Of a stretch of DNA of 64,000 bases, positions 9,992 through 20,000 are shown piece after piece. The stretch is from a virus, in the IMG/VR virus record IMGVR_UViG_3300043449_001609, positions 4,864-68,863 of that record; one strand, 5' to 3'. The first letter of the stretch is position 1, and each line of letters opens with the position of its first letter. The position numbers and the translations under genes were made by a program. The notes under the pieces are model-generated. The model searched no databases, was not told the origin of the DNA, and worked only from the letters and a program-made list of their open reading frames with translations.

Positions 9992-10296
9992 TGCGAACGT
10001 ATTGTATGACGACGCAATACGTTTCTGCTTTCATTCACTTTCTCGTGTTGGCTTACGCAACGCGCATTGTGTGTACATGGAGGCACGACAGACGCATTCC
10101 TCGTCAGGATGATGTGTCCGCGGTACGTGTTGGGTTCTTGCTCAGCTTCCTGCTTTTTGCGGGTGCTGCCGTCGAAGACTTTGTCAGAACAGGGTACCAG
10201 CATGCCATGTGGCATTTGGCGTCTGCGTCCTGCGTGATAGTGGTTGGGATGGTCGTCTGTATCGTGCGCGGTGTGGGACGAAAAAAAGAGCCATAA
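9991..10296 (+). CDS. Membrane protein (three hydrophobic segments), lysis module
   Basis: Hydrophobic stretches with basic C-terminus; start uncertain. Confidence 0.45.
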   Translation: MRTYCMTTQYVSAFIHFLVLAYATRIVCTWRHDRRIPRQDDVSAVRVGFLLSFLLFAGAAVEDFVRTGYQHAMWHLASASCVIVVGMVVCIVRGVGRKKEP

Positions 10297-10307
10297 GGGG
10301 CAGGCTA

Positions 10308-10622
10308 ATGATCGAGGTGGAAGACGTTATGAACGCCAGCAAACCCGGCGTGATGGGAGCGGCAGCGGCACTGTTGGGCTATCTTGCCAACGTGGCGCAT
10401 CGGGGCGCTCCGTTCAGTAGGCGAGCACTGTTTCTATCCATGTTCTCCGGTGGGGTGCTGGGCACGCTCGTGCAGTACTCGTGGCCGCCGGACTTGCCCG
10501 GTATGGGAGCAGCCATCAGCCTGATCGGCATGGCGAATCTCGTGTTCGTGGCCGGTGTGCAGGACGGCGTGCCCACTCTCACGAAGCGGCTCATGGACTG
10601 GTTGGCCGGTCGTATCAAGTAA
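10308..10622 (+). CDS. Holin-like membrane protein
   Basis: Three hydrophobic segments; lysis cluster; start may be 10329. Confidence 0.5.
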   Translation: MIEVEDVMNASKPGVMGAAAALLGYLANVAHRGAPFSRRALFLSMFSGGVLGTLVQYSWPPDLPGMGAAISLIGMANLVFVAGVQDGVPTLTKRLMDWLAGRIK

Positions 10623-10633
10623 CGCGAGGGTAC

Positions 10634-12616
10634 ATGCCACTCCAGAAACTCACGTTCAAGCCCGGCGTCAACCGGGAAGCCACCACGCTGGCGAACGAAG
10701 GCGGCTGGTGGGCGTGTGATCGCGTGCGCTTCCGCTCGGGGTACCCGGAGCAGATCGGCGGCTGGCAGGTTGATGCCGGCGCGCAGGTTTCCGGCTTGCT
10801 TCCCGATGGCGGTCAGTTCTGGGGTGTGGCGCGCGCGTTGTGGGTGTGGTTGACGTTGAACGGGAACAACCTGCTTGGTATCGGCACGCACCTCAAGTAC
10901 TACATCCAGAACGGCATGGACGGCACGTTGTTCGATGTCACACCGTTGCGGGACACTACTACGGCGACTACGACGTTTGCAGCTACCAACGGTAGCTCAA
11001 CGGTGACTGTCACCGACAATGCGCACGGTGCCGGCGTGGGTGACTTCGTGACGTTCAGCGGAGCTGTGTCGCTTGGTGGCGTCGTTACCGCCGCGGTGTT
11101 GAACGCCGAGTTCCGCATTCTGACTGTGCCGACCGTAAACACGTATACCATTGACGTTGGCGTGCTGGCGAACGGGTCCGACACAGGAAATGGTGGCGGG
11201 GCAGTGGACTCCGAATATCAGCTGTCCATCGGCTTGCCGTTTTCTGCGCCGGCGTTCGGTTGGGGTGCTGGCGGTTGGGGCGGCGTTACTGGGTCGAGCA
11301 CGACGGGGTGGGGGGAGTCTGAATACCTTGCACCGATGCGGTTTTGGTCACAAGCCAACTACGGCGAAAACCTCATCTTCAACGTCACGAACGGACCTCT
11401 GTTCCTGTGGGTGCCAGGCGGCAGTTTCCCCGGCACGGTGAACCGCGGCGAGTTGTTGTGGGACGGTGGCACGGGCGTATACCAGACGGATGTGAACTGC
11501 CCTGCGTACTGCACGCAAGTGCTAGTCTCCGACGCTTCGCGGTTTGTGATTGCACTGGGTGTGAACGATCTGGATGCCACCTACGGCGGCTCCAGCCAAG
11601 ACCCCATGCTCGTTCGGTGGAGCGACCAAGAAGACTACACCACGTGGACGCCGGAGCCGACGAACCAAGCGGGCGGGTATCGACTGAGCCACGGGTCGTA
11701 CATTGTCGGCGCGCTGCAGACTCGACAGGAAGTGCTGGTGTGGACGGACGCTGCGCTGTACTCGATGCAGTACCTTGGGCCGCCGTATGTATGGGGGTTC
11801 AACATTCTGGCCGATAACGTGTCGGTCATGTCAGCCAACTCGACCGCGACTGCCAACGGCATTGTGTTCTGGATGGGATTGGACAAGTTCTACGTGTATA
11901 CGGGCCGCGTCGAGACGCTGTCGTGCACGCTCCGCCAGTACGTGTTCGGCGACATAAATCTGGAGCAGCGCGCGCAAATTTTCTGCAGCACCAACGAAGC
12001 CTACAACGAGGTGTGGTGGTTCTACTGCTCGGCAAACTCTGCCACGGTAGACCGCTACGTGGTGTTCAACTACCTTGAGCGGCTGTGGTACTACGGCACC
12101 ATGGAGCGCACGATGTGGCTCGACACGTCTCTGCGCACCTACCCCATCGCCACCAACTACGACGCCGAAGCCGAGTCTGGCAACGTGATCTATCACGAGT
12201 ACGGTGTGGATGAAGTACTGGACGATAGCGGTGTCGGCGTGGCGCTGAACTCCTACATCGAGTCTGCGGACACGGATGTCGACGACGGACACCGCTTCGG
12301 GTTCATCTGGCGCATGCTGCCTGACGTGACGTTCGAAGGCTCCATCTCTGCTGCGCCGGAAGTGACGTTGACGCTGACGCCGCGCCGCGCGCCGGGCTCG
12401 CCCTATGGTACTGCTGTAGGCAACGACGTGGTCAGTAGCAATGACTACCTGCCACCTCCGCAGAAGAACTATTCGGTTCAGCTGTTCACGGAGCAGATAT
12501 TCCCACGCCTGCGCGGTCGCCAGATCAAGTTCAAGATCGCTGCGACTGAGGCCGGCACCAAATGGCAGCTCGGGGAGCCGCGGGTCGACCTGCGGCCTGA
12601 CGGACGGCGCCAATGA
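10634..12616 (+). CDS. Tail nozzle / DNA stabilisation protein (P22 gp10 / T7 gp12-like role)
   Basis: MPLQKLTFKPGVNRE start with GAGGG RBS; beta-rich, VRWSDQED; position before ejection proteins. Confidence 0.65.
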   Translation: MPLQKLTFKPGVNREATTLANEGGWWACDRVRFRSGYPEQIGGWQVDAGAQVSGLLPDGGQFWGVARALWVWLTLNGNNLLGIGTHLKYYIQNGMDGTLFDVTPLRDTTTATTTFAATNGSSTVTVTDNAHGAGVGDFVTFSGAVSLGGVVTAAVLNAEFRILTVPTVNTYTIDVGVLANGSDTGNGGGAVDSEYQLSIGLPFSAPAFGWGAGGWGGVTGSSTTGWGESEYLAPMRFWSQANYGENLIFNVTNGPLFLWVPGGSFPGTVNRGELLWDGGTGVYQTDVNCPAYCTQVLVSDASRFVIALGVNDLDATYGGSSQDPMLVRWSDQEDYTTWTPEPTNQAGGYRLSHGSYIVGALQTRQEVLVWTDAALYSMQYLGPPYVWGFNILADNVSVMSANSTATANGIVFWMGLDKFYVYTGRVETLSCTLRQYVFGDINLEQRAQIFCSTNEAYNEVWWFYCSANSATVDRYVVFNYLERLWYYGTMERTMWLDTSLRTYPIATNYDAEAESGNVIYHEYGVDEVLDDSGVGVALNSYIESADTDVDDGHRFGFIWRMLPDVTFEGSISAAPEVTLTLTPRRAPGSPYGTAVGNDVVSSNDYLPPPQKNYSVQLFTEQIFPRLRGRQIKFKIAATEAGTKWQLGEPRVDLRPDGRRQ

Positions 12617-13239
12617 CGGACAACACACTCCAGCTGGTGCCTACGCGCTCGCCGTACTTGCCAACGGCGCCCACGGAGTATGACCCCCGTGCGTTCCATC
12701 AGCTCACTGATGCACTGCGGGTGTACTTCAACCAGATCGACTCGCGGTTCCAGCAGGTGCTGCTCGGGTTCAACAACTACGGGTCGTTCCTGAGTACGGC
12801 GACACAGACGAACCCGGTTGGGGGCGCTGCTAATGCCGTAACGTACGACACAACGATGGAGAATTATGGTGTCTATGTTGACAGCGTAAACACGTCGCGT
12901 GTCTATGTGGTGCGGGATGGCGTGTACAACTTCCAGTTCTCGGCCCAACTGGATCACACTGGTGGTGGGTCCGTCACGTTTTTCATTTGGTACGCCATCG
13001 GCGGCACGCCCGTTGCCAACTCTGCGACGAAGATGGTGCTATCTGGCCCCAACGACGAGAAGTGCGCGGCGTGGAACTTCGTGACCAGCATGGCAGCAGG
13101 CACGTATTTCGAACTGATGTGGAGCTCGTCGGATACAGCAGCGGTGCTGGCGGCAGCGGCGGCAAGCTCGCCCGTACCGGCCGTCCCGTCCGTGATCCTG
13201 ACCGTCTCGTACATGTACCCAGCAGGCACCGTGCGATAG
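12613..13239 (+). CDS. Probable structural protein
   Basis: ATGA overlap; PTAPTEYD...LRVYFNQID; beta-sandwich-like C-terminus GVYNFQFSAQL. Confidence 0.6.
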   Translation: MTDNTLQLVPTRSPYLPTAPTEYDPRAFHQLTDALRVYFNQIDSRFQQVLLGFNNYGSFLSTATQTNPVGGAANAVTYDTTMENYGVYVDSVNTSRVYVVRDGVYNFQFSAQLDHTGGGSVTFFIWYAIGGTPVANSATKMVLSGPNDEKCAAWNFVTSMAAGTYFELMWSSSDTAAVLAAAAASSPVPAVPSVILTVSYMYPAGTVR

Positions 13240-13290
13240 CACAGGGTGTTGAATTTTGTTACTATCGGGCAAGACTGAAGGAGCCCCCTC

Positions 13291-14415
13291 ATGCAACACG
13301 TAGCCAATCACTTGTCCCAGTACGGCCGTCACGGCGACGATACGCTGGTGCACATGAGCCGCGAGGAAGTCGGCGGTCTGGAAGCGCTGGCACGCGCGCA
13401 AGGCCACGGCCTCTCCACCAATCCGCACACTGGGCTGCCCGAGGCGTTTAGCCTCAAGAAAGCGTTCAAGTCGCTGATCGCGCCGGTGGCTGGCGCCCTC
13501 CTGTCTCCGTTCATCACGCCCATGGGCGCGGCTGCCGTGGTCGGCGGCATCACCGGGCTGGCGAAGAAGAACCTGCTGGCGGGCCTGACGGCTGGGCTAG
13601 GTGCGTATGGCGGTGCGAACTTGGCGGGGAGTCTTGCGAATGCAGGCACCACGGGGTCGCAGTTGGGCTTGAACCCAGAGGTAGCGGCGCAGGCTGCCAA
13701 GTCAGGCGTTGATGTTGCGGTGCCGTCACAAGCGGGGTTTGTCACCTCCGAAGGTGTGAAGGCAGGCGCCAGTCAGTTGGGGCAACAAGGAGGTCTATCT
13801 TCCCTTGCGCAGAACGCCAACATCTGGGGCGGCAAAGCAGCAGACGCTGGCTACGGCCAGCTCGCCAAGTACAGCATGGCAGCAGCGACGCCTTTCATGA
13901 CTCAGTCGCCGTCCGGCGGCGTGGACATGCCGGAGCAGATGCCTACCAAGTTCCGCAAGTACGACTTCATGCGTACGCGCAATCCGTATCAGGAGCCGGG
14001 CACATACACCGGCGAGCAGCGCTACTTCAATGACCAGTACAACGCGTACGACCCGACGGACAAATATGACTATGCCGGCGGCGGTATCGCTGGGCTGTAC
14101 AGTGGCGGCGGCGCGACGGACTCCACGATTGATTCGTTCGGCAACGTCGCTGGCTATGCAGCGGGTGGACGCATGATCCGTGGCCCCGGCGATGGCACGT
14201 CCGACAGCATCCCTGCCACGATCAACGGCCAACAGCCGGCGGCGCTGGGCGACGGGGAGTTCGTGATCCCGGCCCGTATCGTGGCGGAGATTGGCAACGG
14301 TTCGTCGGAAGCCGGCGCGCGACAGCTGTATGCGATGTTGAGCCGTGTCGAGCAGCGGGCGCAGCAAGCGCAGCGGGGACAGGATTCGGGTGCGTGGCAA
14401 GAGCTGCCGGCCTGA
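13291..14415 (+). CDS. Internal virion / ejection protein
   Basis: AAGGAG RBS; GRHGDDTLVH, NPHTGLPEAF, glycine-zipper segment, GPGDGTSDSIPA. Confidence 0.65.
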   Translation: MQHVANHLSQYGRHGDDTLVHMSREEVGGLEALARAQGHGLSTNPHTGLPEAFSLKKAFKSLIAPVAGALLSPFITPMGAAAVVGGITGLAKKNLLAGLTAGLGAYGGANLAGSLANAGTTGSQLGLNPEVAAQAAKSGVDVAVPSQAGFVTSEGVKAGASQLGQQGGLSSLAQNANIWGGKAADAGYGQLAKYSMAAATPFMTQSPSGGVDMPEQMPTKFRKYDFMRTRNPYQEPGTYTGEQRYFNDQYNAYDPTDKYDYAGGGIAGLYSGGGATDSTIDSFGNVAGYAAGGRMIRGPGDGTSDSIPATINGQQPAALGDGEFVIPARIVAEIGNGSSEAGARQLYAMLSRVEQRAQQAQRGQDSGAWQELPA

Positions 14416-14438
14416 CACAGTAACCAGAGGATAGCCGC

Positions 14439-15380
14439 ATGGCCAAGACGACAGCCACTACTTACACCACCAACATACCGGAGTATGCCCAGCCGTACGT
14501 GACCAACTTGCTTGGTCAGGCGGAGGCGTTGACGGACATCAACAAGAACCCCTACCAAGCGTACGAAGGGCAGCGGCGCGCGAACTTTACGCCGATGCAG
14601 CAGCAGGCGTTTCAAGGTATCGCCGGGCTGGCGCCGTCTCTCGCCGGGCGCGCGGGGCAGGGCTGGGCTGCGCAGGGCATCATGGGGGCCTTCAATCCGC
14701 AGTCGTGGACGCAGCCGGGCACATCGCAGCAGTTCATGTCGCCGTACATGCAGGGTGTGGTGGACATCCAGCAGCGCGAGGCTCAGCGCCAAGCGGACAT
14801 GGCCACGCAGGGGCGCAACGCGCAGGCAGTCAAGGCAGGTGCCTTCGGCGGCTCGCGGCAGGCGATCACTGATGCTGAAGCAGCGCGCAATCTGGCGTTC
14901 CAGAAAGGGGACATCCAAGCGCAGGGGCTGCAGCAAGCATACGACCGTGGCATGGCGCAGTTCAACGCCGAGCAGGCCAACCGCATGCAGGGGCTCAACG
15001 TCGGCATCCAAGGTGCCAACGTGCTCGGTCAGTTGGGGCAGCAAGACTTCAGCCAGCAGCAGCAGGCACTGCAGATGCAGAACCAAGCCGGCACGCAGCA
15101 ACAGGAGCAGGAGCAGAAAGGGCTGACCATGGGGTACCAAGACTTCATGGACCAGCTGAACTACCCGTATAAGCAGCTTACGTTTATGTCCGATATGGCG
15201 CGTGGCACGAGTGGTTTGCAGACCCAAACGGGCGCATACACCAACGCGGCCCAACCCTCGCTGATGAACCAGCTGGCTGGGCTTGGCACCATGGGCGCTG
15301 GACTCACGATGAAGGCTGCTGGCGGCATGATCGACCGGCCGGCTGGGTTGATGGAACTTGCCATGCGCCGCGCGGCGTGA
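14439..15380 (+). CDS. Internal virion / DNA transfer protein
   Basis: Gln-rich; AGAFGGSR motif. Confidence 0.65.
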   Translation: MAKTTATTYTTNIPEYAQPYVTNLLGQAEALTDINKNPYQAYEGQRRANFTPMQQQAFQGIAGLAPSLAGRAGQGWAAQGIMGAFNPQSWTQPGTSQQFMSPYMQGVVDIQQREAQRQADMATQGRNAQAVKAGAFGGSRQAITDAEAARNLAFQKGDIQAQGLQQAYDRGMAQFNAEQANRMQGLNVGIQGANVLGQLGQQDFSQQQQALQMQNQAGTQQQEQEQKGLTMGYQDFMDQLNYPYKQLTFMSDMARGTSGLQTQTGAYTNAAQPSLMNQLAGLGTMGAGLTMKAAGGMIDRPAGLMELAMRRAA

Positions 15381-15390
15381 GGAGATGGAC

Positions 15391-17019
15391 ATGATGCCTA
15401 CCGCTCCCCAAGGAGCTCCGCAGCAAGCGCCGCAGGCACCACAAGCGCCGCAGATGCAGCGCGGCGGCGTGCCGACGAACCCGTACCAGCTGACGAGTCA
15501 GGTCGCCAAGGCGCCGGACCAGCAGCTCACGCAAATGCTCCAGCAGTACAAAGGGGTCGGGGATGCTGTGTCCTTCTCCGTCGTGTACAACGAGCTGCAG
15601 CGCCGCAAAGAGATGCGTGGCGCCAGCCAAGCGCAGCAGGCGCCAGCGCAGCAACCCACCGTGGCGGATCAGGCCCTAACTGGTATCGCAGCGGCGCCGG
15701 CGGGCGACATGCAGTTCGCTGACGGCGGGATTGTGGGGTTTGCGACGGGGAACATGGTTGGTCCGTACCAGCGCTCCGGACTGTCGTTGCAAGAGACAAG
15801 CGAGCTTGAGCGGCTGGCGCAGATGCGTAACGACTTGAGCACACCGTACTTCGGCAGCATACACGGGCGCGATCAGTCGCAGGCACGCGAAGCACAGCTG
15901 GGGCAGATAGACCCCCGCTTCAACGAGCTGCTTGGCAAGAATGCTGCGGCTCGGCAGGCGGAGCAAGATGCACGCTTTGCGCAAATGTTTCCGGAGGAAG
16001 CTGCACCGCAACCCCAAGCTCCGGCCCAACCTCAAGCAGCGGCACCTGCGCCAGCCGAGGCGCCACGCCGTGAGTTCGGTGATGTGGGCTACCCGTCCAC
16101 GGCGTTCATGCGCGACAAGCCGCCAATGAAATCCCCCGCCGAGGAAGTTGAATCGCTCAACATGGAAGGCATAATGCGGTTGCTGGCGCCCGAAGCCGGC
16201 ACCAAGGGCTTCGAAGCCATCATGAAGTCCGCCGACGCAGCCAAGGCCGACGACCTCAAGGCACTGGAGGCGTACCAGAAGCAGCGCCGCGATCCCACCA
16301 AGGCCATCGAAGACATCATCGCCAAGGGTGAGGCGAGCGAAGTCGAGGACCGTCGTGACGCCAAGCGCCAAGCACTCATCATGGCAGGCGCTGCGATTGC
16401 CAATTCCACGGGTCCGCTGGGTGCTGCGATTGGCCAAGGTGCCATGGCCGCGCTGCCCGGCTACAAGCAAGACATGCGTGCGATCAAGAAGGCCGAGGAT
16501 GAGCGCGACAAGCTGCGCATTCTGGCCGATCAGGCGCACCAAGCCATGCTGGAGGGCGACTACAAGGCGCACCGCGAAATCACTAAGGAGCATCGCGCGC
16601 TGTCCACCACGGTGGCGTTGGAGATGCAGAAGGCCGAAGAAGCGCGGGCACGTACCCTCGCGCGCACGGGCGCCACGGTGGTAGCTGCCCAGATCACGGC
16701 GGACGCTGCCAAAAGCCAGATCGAGCAGAAGGCCGATGACAAGCGCCGCGGGACGCCGTCTCAGTTGGAGGAGGTGCAGCGCACGCAGCTGGCGAAAATT
16801 GACGCGGAGCTTGCAAAAGTTCAAGTAGCGGCGGCCCAAGGAATGGCGCTGACGCCAGAACAGGAAGCTGCAATGGCACAACTCATGGAGCAGCGCCGGG
16901 GTCTGGTGCTTGGCCTGTCGCAGTTGGAGTCTGCGCGCATGTCCGGGCAAAGCGTCGGTGCAGCACCGTACAACTTCTCGCTAAGCACAGGGCTCACCTC
17001 CGGCGCACCCCAACAGTAA
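15391..17019 (+). CDS. Internal virion protein, helical/coiled-coil
   Basis: GAGGAG RBS before ATG 15391; Ala/Gln/Glu-rich. Confidence 0.6.
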   Translation: MMPTAPQGAPQQAPQAPQAPQMQRGGVPTNPYQLTSQVAKAPDQQLTQMLQQYKGVGDAVSFSVVYNELQRRKEMRGASQAQQAPAQQPTVADQALTGIAAAPAGDMQFADGGIVGFATGNMVGPYQRSGLSLQETSELERLAQMRNDLSTPYFGSIHGRDQSQAREAQLGQIDPRFNELLGKNAAARQAEQDARFAQMFPEEAAPQPQAPAQPQAAAPAPAEAPRREFGDVGYPSTAFMRDKPPMKSPAEEVESLNMEGIMRLLAPEAGTKGFEAIMKSADAAKADDLKALEAYQKQRRDPTKAIEDIIAKGEASEVEDRRDAKRQALIMAGAAIANSTGPLGAAIGQGAMAALPGYKQDMRAIKKAEDERDKLRILADQAHQAMLEGDYKAHREITKEHRALSTTVALEMQKAEEARARTLARTGATVVAAQITADAAKSQIEQKADDKRRGTPSQLEEVQRTQLAKIDAELAKVQVAAAQGMALTPEQEAAMAQLMEQRRGLVLGLSQLESARMSGQSVGAAPYNFSLSTGLTSGAPQQ

Positions 17020-17031
17020 GGAGCCCCGCTC

Positions 17032-20000
17032 ATGCCGTACATGTTCCCGCTCCCGAACGGGCAATACGTCAATGTCACCGATGACACGCCGCCAGATGTA
17101 GTGGAGGCGCGACTGCGCAAGGAAGCGCCGCAGCTGTTCGCAGGCTTGGAGGTCGAGCAGCCCGCACCGGACTACGGTCTGTTGGAAGCCTTCGGGAAGG
17201 GCGTGAAGCGTGGCACGCGCCAGATGGCCTCTGCGTTCGGAGATGTGATCCCGGCGATGGCTGCCAACGCGCTCGGCGCCGACGAGTACGCCAAGCAGCA
17301 GATGGACGAAGCGGCAGCGTCTCGCGAAGCCATCCAGAAGGAAGTGCCGGCGCAAGTCCCGTCGTACCGCGACGTCGATGGGGTGCGGAGTGGGGCCATC
17401 TACGCGCTGGAAGCCGCTGGCGAAGCCGTGCCGTCCATGCTGGGCGCGTTGCTCCCCGGCGGTATCGCAGGCAGTATCGCCAAGCGTGGTGTGTTGGCAG
17501 CCGCCGAGAAAGGTGCGCTGTCGTTGGGAGCCAAGGAGCTTGCGACGCTCGCTGCCAAGAAGCAGATGACGGGCCAACTGGTCGGGGCCTATCTGGGCTC
17601 CTACGCGCAGAACGCACCCGAGATTTTCCAGAACATCTACGACCGCACGGGTGACATGCGCCCGGGTGTGGCGATGCTTGCGAGTACGGTGTCCGCTGCG
17701 CTCGATACGGTGGTGCCGGCGAAGGTGTTGCATGGCATGAACGCTCCGGTGCGCGCGGAGGTAGTCAAGCAGCTGCTGCAGAAGTCTGGTACGCACCCGG
17801 TGCTCGCCGGGCTGGCCAAGGGCCTGCTGGCAGGGGCAGCCGAGGAAGGCATCACAGAAGCCGCGCAGGAAGGCGTCAGCATCGCCGCGGAGCGCTTCGT
17901 TGAGGGCAACGACAGCCTGTGGACGAGCGACGAGTGGCACCGTGTCATTGACTCCGGCCTGAAGGGCGCAGCGGGCGGCGCAGGCTTCGGCGCGCTGGGT
18001 GGCGGTGCGGAAGCGTACCGGGTCAAGACAGAAGCTGAGCGTGTGGACCAGCCGCCTCCGCCGGCGCCGTTCACCGGCAAGCAGTTGGGATGGATGGGGG
18101 AAGACGACGCAGGTGCCGCCGACTTCGGCCCTGTGTTCACGGGTGGGCCGACAGACGGTGAGCCCCCAGCAGGCGGCATGCGAGAACACGAGCTGCCTGA
18201 CGCCGAGAACTTGCGCACGTTCGACATGTCGCAGGAAGCTGAACGCGCCGGCGCACCGCTGCATCAGTTCGGTGATGTGTTCCCTCCCCCGGAAACGAAG
18301 GAGGCGCCCGCAACACCCAGCGCCACTCGATTGGGTTGGATTGGTGAGGCGGATGAAGGCGCCCCTGCAGCAGACTTCGGCTCTGTCGTGGACATGGCGA
18401 ACCAGCCAGAGTTCTACAACACGGTAAACAAGTTCCCGGCAGTGGTGCCGCCGACAACGGACTTCGTGGGCACGGACACGGGAGACGTGTCGGCTTCCGC
18501 TGACGAGGCAAGTGCTGCTGCGCTGGAGCGCCAGTACCGCCCACGCCCGCTCGATATTCCTACCGTCTCCGCTCCGCGCCCGATTACGCTGGAGGATGTG
18601 GCGGCAACGGGCGTGGCGTATCCGGGGCGAGACAGGTGGTTTGCAGAAAACGTCGTGGGCAAGACGCAGGACGAGCTGCGCCAACTTGTGTTCAACAAGC
18701 CGGAGCTGCTGCCCACACAGGGACAAGAACTATCCGAAAAACAGCGCGCGAAAAACGTCAAGCTGAACCCGCGCGCACAGGTCATATCGGCGTTGTTGGG
18801 CAAGCCCCTCGTTGCGGAAGACGCGCCGGCGCAGGTAGGCAAAGCGATTGCCGAGGCGGTGCCGAACAGGCCCGGCTGGCTGCAGTCCTACGCAGACGAT
18901 CTGACCACGCGTGTCACGCCTCTGTTGCCCAATGGCAGCGCCCTGAAAGCAGCTCTGCAGGTCGAGCGCACGGCGATCCGCCGCAGCAAGGCGTCCGATG
19001 ACGCGAAGCAAGCCAAGCTGGCCATGGTCGACGCGATCCAGCAGAAGGGCAACGCATACCGTCAGCAGATGCGCAAGCAGCCCAAGCAGACGCCGCTGAA
19101 AAGCCAAGGCGACTCCACGACCACCGGGCACACGGCGGACGAGCTTAACTCGCGGTTGGACAGCATCTTCGGTGCGGGCTTCATGGACAAGCTGTTCGGC
19201 ACCGGGCGGTTCCATGTCGGCTCGGCGGAGCAGGTTGGTGCGGCGACGCAGGAAGACACCGGCAACACGCGCGGTATGTACGACCGTCGCACCGGCATCA
19301 CGCACCTCATCGCAGACAACATCCCGAAGGCGCTGACCGACAACCAGCTCCGTGGTCTCATGCTGCACGAGATAGCTGTGCACGCCCTGCGCGTGGGACG
19401 CGACAGCGACGGCTGGCAGTTTCTGATGAGTGAGTTGCAGCGCCTGCACAAGCTCGGCAACAAGGATGTGGTCGAGGCGCACGAGCGCGCGGCAGCGGCC
19501 GGCACGGAAGACGCAGACCTGTGGGAAGAAGTCGCGGCGTACCTCGTGCAGAACAAGCCCAAGGCGTCCATCACACGGCGCATCCTCACGTGGTTCAAGG
19601 ATCAGGTCAACAAGGTGTTGAGCGCGTTCGGCCGAGACAGGCTCTCGCTGACGCCAGACGACATCACTGCCATGGCCCAGAGTGCGTTCGCCCGCGCGCC
19701 GCGTGAGTTGAGCAAGGCAGTTGTGCCGGGTGAGGGAGTCATCCCCTCCGAGCGTGCGCCGATATGGTACTCGCAGCTGAAGCGCGTCATGGAGCAACAG
19801 GGCGAGACGGAGCGCTCTGGCAATGAGTGGATTCAGTGGCTGAACGGCAACCTGTCCAAGCTCGGCGTCAAGAAGGTAGAGGTCGAGGCATCCGGCATCA
19901 CGGACTTCTTGGCGCTGCTGGGCAAGAAGAAAACATCGGCGCAGGAGCTGGCTGCGTTCGTGGAGCGTAATGGCCCGCGCGTGGAGTCACGGGTGCTTTC

